This document shows, piece after piece, positions 54,908 to 64,000 of a DNA stretch of 64,000 nucleotides; positions within the stretch are counted from its first letter, which is position 1; each line of letters begins with the position of its first letter. A program made the translations under genes and the position numbers. Source of the stretch: Prorocentrum cordatum (Eukaryota); assembly GCA_963575745.1 (NCBI GenBank), contig CAUYUJ010000039.1, positions 1-64,000 on the forward strand, in the 5' to 3' direction. The notes under the pieces are model-generated. The model was not told the DNA's origin. It saw only the letters and a list, made by a program, of their open reading frames with translations, and did no database searches.

Positions 54908-55690
54908 GACCACCACTCCGCGCGTGCGCTCCCCTCGGCCGATTTTCTCTTGCACGACAAACCTTCCCGTCACCATTCCTACGTGTCGCTGGAGGTCTGT
55001 GCTCGCCCTCTCCCATCCCCTCCTGCCTCCCAGCCCCCTCTCGCCTTCTCCCCCCCTTAGGCAGTCGGGCCGTGGGATGGTCCAGAGGGCGGCTCGGTGT
55101 GCCATCTAGTTCTCTCTTGCCCCCCTCCCAGCACTGAGAAGAAAGGGAGGATGAGGAGGATGGGCGAGGAGGGGGAAGAGGATGAGAAGTAGGAGGAGGA
55201 GGAGGAGGAGGAGGAGGAGGAGGACGATTCTGTGGATGAGGGGGGAGGGTATGTGCATGAGGGGGGAGGGGGCTGAAGGAGGCACGAGGCCTTTTACTTG
55301 CGAGGAGGTGGAGGAGGAGGAGGGGGAGGAGGGGAGGTGGAGGAGGAGGAGGAGGAGGAGGAGGAGGAGGAGAAGTAGGAGGAGGAGGAGGAGAGGAGGA
55401 GGAGGAGGAGGAGGAAGGGGGGAGGAGGAGGGAGGAAGGGGAGGAGGAAGGAGGAGGAGGAGGAGGAGGAGGAGGAGGAGGAGGAGGGAGGAGGAGGAGG
55501 GGGTGGGAGGAGGAGGAGGAGGGGAGGAGGAGGAGGAGGAGGAGGAGGAGGAGGAGGAGGAGGAGGAGGAAGGGGAGAGGTCGGGGCGGGGGGGAGGGCG
55601 GCGGGCAACGGGCGAGGGGCCTCCGCTCCCTCCTCGAGTGCGGGCGTCTTCCGTTCCGCCTCGTGCCGCGTCCCGCGGCCCCTACAGACG

Positions 55691-55918
55691 GGCACCCCCT
55701 CGGCACACTCTGGGGGTACGGTAGGTTTGCGTCGTGTCGACTTGCGGCGACCCAGCGCGGGCGTTCAAGGTTGAACGCCGCCGGCGACCCAGAATCGATC
55801 GATGTTGAACGATCGGACGTTTCGGAAACGGCCGATCGTTCAAGGTTGAACGATCCCCGCGGTGTCAGAAACCAACGCCGGGGTCGACACGACGCGAACC
55901 TGCCGTACAGAGGGTGCC
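55691..55918. repeat. Inverted-repeat element
   Basis: GTACGGTAGGTTTGCGTCGTGTCGAC pairs with GTCGACACGACGCGAACCTGCCGTAC; two internal CGTTCAAGGTTGAACG hairpins. Confidence 0.75.
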
Positions 55919-58657
55919 ATTCTCCGTTGGTTCTCCTTCGCTCGGGGGTGGACATACTTCTTTCAGGAGGAAAAGAAACACAGACACAATGAATCTTCGA
56001 TTCTGCAGAACATATGGGAACATATGGGAAGCGGGGGGGAAGACAAGAACCCAGTACATATGGGAAAATACTGGGACTCCTGTTATTTGTGTCTTATTAT
56101 TTGTGTGTCCCAGGGCACCTTCAAGACTTCCTACCCTAACATGTCGATTAGTGAAGTTCGAGGCTGGTAAGAAATTGCCCCGTTTGCGGTTCTCGAGAGG
56201 GCGCCGCGGCCGTCCCTTTCCGGGCGTGCGCCCACCAGGTGTGGGTTCCGAGGTCGTTTTCACCGAGCCACGTTTTACTAAAGGGGGGGTCTGTCCATCC
56301 CCGATGCGCCCGTGGTCGTGCCAGGACGTACGCCGAGCGCTGACCGCGGCAGTTGAGACAAGGAGCAGGTTGCCCGGCAGGCCGCGCAATGCGCGGTCAA
56401 ACGACATGTGTCAGCCAGCCACTGAGGGTGGGGGGCTGGACGGGGGAGGGCCTCTTAGAATTACATCCACTTATTAGAAGGCGCCCCCTTCCTTCTACGC
56501 AGCTGGTGGTTGCTCATGAAAAGCGTCTCCTGTTGCGTTTCTGACAAGCTTCTCATGTTGCGCTTCTCCTGTTGCGGCTTGCTTCTAAGAAAGTGTTTCG
56601 TGATTCTAAGAACCTGTTTCGTGTTTCTGAGAAGTTGTTGGGGTGTTTCTTAGAAGCGGCGCGCCCGTGGCTCCTTGGAAAGGCAGCTGGCGCGTTCCAA
56701 GAGACCCGTTTTCTAAGAAGCCTTCGCGCCTCTTTCCACACCTTCGTTTACGCTGGCAAGCATGCAGCCGTCTGCATTATCAAGAGCTCGGTCCGAGGAC
56801 ATGCTGCAATGCATGTATGACCGCACTTGGTGAGCAGTGTCCCTCGGACGTTCCAAGTATCGAGGAAGGCGAAACGGCATAAACATAAACTGGCGGAGTT
56901 CCGCGCGGATGTCTTGGATCTCCGCCCCCTGGCGACGGCTCCGGCACCGCCCCTGGCGCGCTCCGCGCGCCAGGGAGTGGAGGTCCCGCGCCGATCTAAG
57001 AAACCCACGCGGACCTCAGAGAAAAAATGTTCATGAAGTTGGTTGCTCCTCTAAGGATGTCGGGACAGCTTCTCTGAAGGCGGTGTCCCAGAGGCGGTTT
57101 GCCTCGCCCCTGATCCCCGCGCTCTTCCTCAACGAAGTCAAGCCGCCGAGAACAGATAGAAACTCGGGGATACAGTGGGGGACGCGCATCAAGACACCAG
57201 AGGCTGTTCGTCAGGATGCCCCTGAGGTTCTTTGCTCCGCGCGCTGCGCGGTGGCGCGTTTAGGGTGCTGGGCGTTGAGGGTGCGTTCAGGGTGTTTCTC
57301 CTCAGGGCTGGATTTCTTGCGAGGGTCTCTTGCGGCCGCGTCCGCAGTGTACACCCTTGGAGGGGCTATTCGGACGCAAGCCCATCGAGGATGGACGACC
57401 CGCATCGCATGTCCCTGAGTCGGGCCCCGATTGCTCACCCAGTCAAAAGCCCAACACAGGGTCTGGGATTGGGGTCGTCCCCCCCCCCCCCCCCCCCCCA
57501 TCAGTGTCCTCCTCCCCTTCCTCATGCTTCCCTCCTCGTCTGCCTGGTGGCGAGGAGTTGGGAGGGAAAAGGGACTGGTTGACACGATTTCGCTTGGGCG
57601 TTTGGCCCCAGATCATGTGCCCACCGTGGTGAAGAGGAGGACGGAGAACAAGCAGGAGGAAGAGGCAGAGGAGGAGGAGTGAGAAGGCTGAGGAAGAGGA
57701 GGAGGGACGAGGCTGTGGAAGAGGAGAAGGAGGGAGAACGAGTTGGAGGAGGAGGACAAAGAGTGAGGAGGAGAGGGGGGTGGGTGCAGGGAGGGAGGGG
57801 GGGGGAGGAGGAGGGTGACGAGGAGGAGGGTGACGAGGATCTTTTCGAAAGAACCCCTCGACCCTCCTGACTTTCCGGGCGCCCCCTTCTTCTAAATCTC
57901 CCGCTCCTCTCTCCTGGAAAGAGGCACAGGAAGTAGGAGAAGGAGGAGGATGGCCCAAAGAAGCAGCAACATTTGGATGAGTAGGAGTAGGAGACAAACT
58001 CAGCCAGGCCGAGCGAGTCGAAGGCCCCCGCCCACTTCCACCCTCCCTCCCACAACATAACTGTCATGCGTGGCACAACTTAACATTGCTCCTCTTCCTC
58101 CTCCTTGCAAAGGGAAGGCACTCGCGCGCTGTCACGACTCCGACGACGTGACGGAGGGAAGCTGACGCGGGCTGCGCAGGGGCCCGAGCGGCAGACCTTC
58201 CGCTGGGGGCGGCGAAGGCGAGACATGCGCCGCCCGCGCTGCCACTCTCACTCGCAAGCCGCGCCGGCACTTGGGACAGGTCGGCATTTGATCCGCCTTG
58301 GAGGGTGAATGTGGGGGTCCGACCCCCACATTCACCCTCCAAGGCGCCCGACCCGGTCGGGCGCCGGGTCCCGGCAATGGTGTCTCTGTGGGCCACGCAT
58401 GGGCGATGCATCCTCGATTGCCGTGTTCGGCGCGGGATCCACTTGAAGCTCCCCGCCTGCACCCGCGCGCGGGATTCGAGGGTCAACGAGGCAAGGAGTC
58501 GGCAGGCTGAGGACAGGCGGCGAAGGCACCGTGCGCTGAGGGCGCAAGAAGAGAAGGTTGGAATAAAAGCGGCGGGGTGCGTGTCAAAATCTGCCCAGCC
58601 AATCTGACATGCGGAACATTGCGCCTCAGTTTGGGGGATCTTGAGGGCCAGGGCAAG

Positions 58658-58876
58658 ATGTGAATTCACATTGTGGGGAAAAGCAAAATGTGAATCCACA
58701 TTTTTGAAAACAAGGAAGACGTGAATTCATATTGTGGAACACAAGGACAATGCCAATTCACATTTAGGAATTTTGTTGAGGAATCTTTATGACACGGCCA
58801 GGATGTGAATTCACATTTCGGGAAAAATGGAAACATGAATTCTCATTTTGGGAATAAGGAAGATGTGAATTCACAT
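58658..58876. repeat. Array of palindromic 14-mers ATGTGAATTCACAT, ~30-bp period
   Basis: Perfect copies at 58658, 58803 and 58863; degenerate copies at ~58688, 58719, 58750 and 58833. Confidence 0.85.
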
Positions 58877-61872
58877 CTCGGGAGGATCGCGGGACCCATT
58901 CCGAATCTGTCTCTTAGTGGTCGTCAGGTCATGGTTTAGGAACATACGCGGGAATCAGTCGCACAATCAAGAGATACTTGCGCTCCACTTCGCCGCCCCA
59001 CGCGCGATCTGCAAGAACGCCCGCACGCATGAACGACAATGGATGGACGGCGCGTTTGCCCGCGCGGGCAACGCGCGGGCACGAACGACCGGCCCTCCGT
59101 GACCGCCAAGATTGGATACCAATCGTACCGGGTCGCATACGTGAGCGGTCGATTGAGCAGACCTGGGCCATTCAGCCCCCAGTGCAGACCCCCTGTCGCA
59201 AACCCCTCCTTTCACCACCCAGTCTGTTCTCGCGCGGCCTCGCTGCCGCTGTCGCTTTCACGCGATTCGGCGAACGAGCCATGCGACGCGCCGGCGCGGG
59301 AACACCACTTCCGAGCGAAATGCACACAGATGCTGGGTAAGGGCGGCAAGTCGCCCATTCGCGCGGCTCCTTTCGCGCCGTGTCGAGGCGGGAACGCCAC
59401 TTCAGGCGAAGTTCGCACTGCGCCGAAGCGAGGAGTACGGTATTCGCCCGCCGGCGCGTCGACGAAGGTGCGTGCGAAAATTATGCGCCGCGCCCGAGCG
59501 GGAACCCGAGGGATGTGCAGCTCTTCCCATTCTGTCCGCGCGTGTGGCAGCATGGGCCACGTAATGCCCAGGTTGCAACGAACAAATGCAACTTTGCATT
59601 GCGTTCTCACTCAGGGCGTTGGGGGTCCCGGATCGGGCGGCTATCGGCGGGCTGCGGGTGGGGAATAGCGGGATATACGAATAAGGAATACTGGTATGTC
59701 CTAGCCAGTTCGGACCGCAAGCATTGAGTTGTTGCATTCCACGCGGCGCAGTCTAGCCGGTACAATTTATTGTTTGACAATTTATGAGTTCGCGCTGTTT
59801 GTTTAGCCATGGTTTGCACATCTTTGCGGCCACGCTGGCGCGCGCAAGCTCGCGCGCAGAGCGGCCAGCTGGCTTGGCCCAGGCAATGCGGCCGCGATGG
59901 CGCTTTCCGGTGGCAGCGTCCCAGCGCGTGTCAAAGACCGCGCTGGCGCGCGGGTTCTTAATGCGGGTCGATGCTTGCGCGGGCGCAGTATCATGATGAC
60001 GTCCACAACAGTGGCAACGATGATGATGGTATCGATTGTGGTGGCTATGATGAAGATGACGGCAAGGCCAATGACGGCTTAACCCGATGTCAAATGATGA
60101 TGTCCATGTGTAGATGACGGAGGTGTTTGGGTGATGATGGCGACAATTGCGGTAAGTGCCGATGTCGATGACGTGACGCGGCGGCGCAGATGGGGGTGAT
60201 GGTGAGGAAGCGCGAGCGCGCGCAAATCCAAGAACCCTGCATTTACGGTGCCCCGCATTTCTGTTTAAAGGAATTGGGCCTGACGGCCGGTCTTACGGCT
60301 ATGTGGTTGCCGCCGCCGCTCTGCCGAAGCCTCGTCGCCGCTGGTCGTCTGGGCCTGACGGCCAGTCTGTCGGCTATGTGGCCGCCGTGGCCGCCCCGTC
60401 GCCGCCTCGTCGCAGCATATATTGCACAACATAGATTGCAACCCGTTCTTTTGTCTGAAAAGAATTTCGGATCTCCCCCCAGCCCCCAGATTCGTTGGGC
60501 CGCCCTGGGAGAGCACGACTTACGTATGGTTCTGCCCCACTGTCCATTCTAAATGAAAATTCGTACCGTCCAGGGAGTGCCGTCATCGAACCCCAGTTGA
60601 TCCGTGCCAAGTTATACTATGCGCGCGCATTCGCTGATCAAGAATCACTTTTTGCAAGAAACGTTGCAACACACGGGACCAAGACGACACGCGCGCGCGT
60701 CGTTGCGCGCGCTTGTTGAAATGATTCAAGAACTTTGTGTTCGTAAGGAGTTCAAGACCGAGCTGGGCGAAAACATATGATTACACTTGTTTTGCAACAG
60801 GGTGTTCAAGCGTCTGGGCGGTTTTGCGAGTTCTTATAAAGACTTTAGCTTTATCCATACATTCATTCAGAGTGGCCAAGCCGTCCTCTCGCGCGCGCAT
60901 GTCGAAATCATTCGAACGCCCTTGCGCGTTTGCTGGAGGGTGCACGATGCCTGTCTAATAAAACCATGTGGGCTATTTGCGCCTGTCGGCCGCGCGCGCA
61001 TGTCGAAATCCTTCCAAAGTCTTCAGCATCGACACGAGAACTACGTCATCGTCATCGGCGCGATCAGCATTGGCGCCGTCACTGGCATTGCCGTTGTCAT
61101 CGTCATCTGTGTCACCAGCATCGCTAGTATCACCCTCGTGCCTGCAGTTGTCGACGTCGCCATGGTACCGCGCAGGTGCAAGCACTGTTTGGGGAGTGAG
61201 GCGGAGGAGGGCCCCAGCTCAGCGGTGAGGGCGGCCGGCCGTGAACACAGGCGAGAGAGATCCCAATTGCCTCTAGGCCAGAAGAAGTATAAGAAGCACA
61301 CCGTGCACACTTGCGCCTTGCTTTTAGCTGCCGCCACACATCGGTCGGAGCGGGGGAAGGCTACAGTCGGGGCACTGAGGAAGGAACCCTTTTCGTTGGG
61401 GAGGGGCTCCGCGTTCCTAAAGTGTTTCGCAGTTCGCCTCAGGCTTTCCTTATGGCTTCGATGGGAAATCGAAGGTTTGCTCATGGAAAAAAGGGGCCTC
61501 GTTCCTTATTTAGGGTTCCTTAGGTCAACGCCCCGACTGTACACCGTGCACACCTGCGCCTTGCCTTTCGCTGCCGCCTCGCGTCAGTCGGAGCGGGGGA
61601 AGGCTGCATCCCGTCCATGGCAGCCGGAGGCCCGCCCCATGTGCCGTCTCGCCTCGGGCCCCCGCTCTTCAGCAGGCGAGAAACACACAGACACAGTGAA
61701 TCGTCGATCCCCAGGAAAACATAGAAAAATATAGGAAGTGGGGGGTGGGGAAGACGAAGACCCAGAACATATGGCAAACTAGGGGGGAATATGTTTCTTT
61801 GTGCGTGTCTATTTGTGTGTCCCAGGGTCCCTTCAGCTTGGTCGCCGCCGCGGCGGCCGGGCCCCGCCCGAG

Positions 61873-61928
61873 GACGGCCTCAACTTCCAGGTCAACGGCG
61901 AGGGGCTGAACCTGAGCTTTGGCCAGAG
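61873..61928 (+). CDS. ABCC transporter micro-exon with ABC signature (DGLNFQVNGEGLNLSFGQ/R)
   Basis: ag|GAC acceptor and AG|gc donor. Matches GLxxxVxxxGxNLSxGQR. Confidence 0.92.
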
Positions 61929-63714
61929 GCTCGCGAGGGAGGGAGGGAGGGAGCTTTAAAAAGACGCGAAGATCGGGTCAAAATCGGATCGGGATGACTC
62001 GAAATCTCTGAGAATCGGCGGGTTTGGAGGATGTATTGGGCGCCGCGGCCGCTCCAGAGCGTTCCGGAACGCTCTGAGAGCGCTCCGGAACGCTCTGGAG
62101 CGATTTATCCCGATCCTAGCCCTGTTTTAAGTTTACGCAATCCATCCGGCTCGTCTTCATCCTGCTCCCCTCGTGTCCTCCTCCGCCGCCCCCCCCCCTT
62201 ATAGCACTCCTCCGCCTCGCTGCCCCCCGCCTTCCCCTCTCCGCCCCTGCTCTCTCAGCAGCTTCCTCCCCCTCTCTCCTCGCGGTGCCATGCCCTCGCT
62301 CTCTTCTAATCCCCGCCGCCTCCTCGTATCGGGGCCAGGCAGGGTAAGATCCGTCGTCCTTCATGGCCGTACCTTCCTCGGTTCCTCGGTATCCCCTTCT
62401 CCTTAGCTTCCTCCACCCTTCTCCTTCCTCGCTTCTCCTTTTCTCTTTCCTCCTCTGTCTATGTCATCCTTCTCCCCTTTCTGTGTGACGTTGTTCTATA
62501 CGACTCAACATATTCCTCCACCTCCTTGTTCGTTCCCCTCCTCTATTCGCATCTTCCCGACTTATGCAGCATCGTATTTGTTCCGTGACGTGAGCCCCCA
62601 GACCTCTTGACCCCATCCCCGCGGACCCTTGTCTTGATTGTTGGTAGTTCTCTGATGGCCGTGGGCCCGTCTCAGACTTCTCGACACTGGGAAATGGGCC
62701 TCCGAGCTTCTCTTGACGAAGGACGTCCTTGGCTCGTCGGCCGAGGCTGTTGTCCAGAGGCGACACTTGCAAAATGCTCGTGTCGTTTCTGTCTTCACGA
62801 AGGGGGTTTTGGTTCGTCCTCGTCCACCTCCTGGTGCTCCTTGGCCGAGGCGGTCTGCCAGAGGGCCAACACCTTGAGATCGGTCGTACCGATGTTCTCG
62901 TGACGAAGGGGATCTGGAATCTGGACCTTCCTGCCCCCCCCTCCTTCAAGGACAACGTTACAGTGCCGTTTTAATACATGCTCCGCGTGCGGATCATGTA
63001 GTAAAAATGCAGGGGGTAGCATTAAACACAACGATGAGTTCATGTAACATGTATAAGTGTGCTCATACATTGATCATGTATTAAAAGTCCCAGATGTTTA
63101 AAATCCTACGTATTAAAAAAACAGCACTGTAGGGGGGACGGGCTCAGGCAGGGGAAGGGATACGCATCAACCCCAGATCGCTCATTGATCGCTGATAGGG
63201 GCCCGATAACCCACTCCGCCCAGGAACGTGCGGAGTCGCTGTCGGGGGCCCATCGCCGATCTATCGGCGATGTGTCGCCGATGCAAGGTCGATGCTTCCT
63301 CCCTTGAGCCGCTCCTCTCTATCTCCTCCCAGACGTCCAACGATTGGTGCTTGCCCCAGACGGCGCGACCCCTTCCCTGGGGGCAGCTTTCGTCCCGGAT
63401 GCGTTCGTCACGGCCCCGTGGCCCCGCGAGAAGGGCCTGAAGGTCGAAATCGAGGGACAACTGCCGGTTCCGTTTCGCTGGAGATCTGGGGTTGGCCCCC
63501 CTCCTGCTCCTCGGCCGACACCGACACCAAGGACGTCCTCTCCCTCCTCCTCCTGATCCTCCTCGTCCTCCTCCTCTCCTCCAAACTTTTTACGTGCCTC
63601 ACTGTGCATGTATTCAGACGAGCCAGGTCCGCGAGGCCACGGCGTCACCCACTTGGCCGGAGCCAGGCCCAGACATTGTCCGCAACGGCGGTTGCCTCGC
63701 ATCGCATCGCCCAG

Positions 63715-63775
63715 GCAGCTCATCAGCTTCGCGCGCAACGTCGTGAGGGGGCCGAAGCTGCTGCTCCTGGACGAG
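63715..63775 (+). CDS. ABCC transporter micro-exon with Walker B (R/QLISFARNVVRGPKLLLLDE)
   Basis: ccag|G acceptor completes the AG|G Arg codon; GAG|gc donor. Matches RQLxxxARAxxxxxKILLLDE. Confidence 0.92.
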
Positions 63776-64000
63776 GCCCCAGGGCCCTCCCGGCCCCGAC
63801 GCCTCCGGGGTAGGGGGGCGGCTCGGCGGGCGGCGTCTGGCAGCAGCCGCGAGGGGGCGGCTCTCCAGGACACGTAAGTCTGTTAGTAAAGCGCGCGGGC
63901 CCGGTTTCCCCACGACATCGGCGCGATCCGTCGCCAAGCGAGGGGGCACGGGCCTCATGTTTCGGGGGTGCCTTCCCCGATCCGTGGATCCGGCGCGCAC

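Overview
GC-rich, repeat-saturated dinoflagellate nuclear DNA: four perfect copies of the 22-nt dinoflagellate spliced leader are present, and the repeat style suggests Prorocentrum (tentative). The window lies inside one + strand ABCC/MRP-type ABC-transporter gene that the ORF track misses. Seven 33-61 nt micro-exons with GC/GA/GT donors join in frame into most of an NBD, probably NBD2 (Walker A GPTGCGKS, signature LSFGQ, Walker B LLLLDE). The stretch between the third and fourth found exons (8822-53364, with a 100-N gap) holds three nested structures. (1) A tandem array of four intronless processed retrogenes (TSD - SL - CDS - A-tract - TSD) encoding a secreted Cys-rich / Pro-Thr linker / GDPH protein. 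(2) Two ~4 kb inverted arms (0.5 kb unique + degenerate (ACT)n) that bracket this array. (3) An ~8.1 kb decayed CRE-like non-LTR retrotransposon (PARP-type zinc finger, RT, restriction-like endonuclease) between (AGT)n tracts, carrying a large downstream ORF preceded by relict-SL-like motifs. Four copies of an element carrying a 90-bp satellite, several MITE-like hairpins, and mini/microsatellites fill the rest. Most long ORFs in the supplied track are repeat artefacts.
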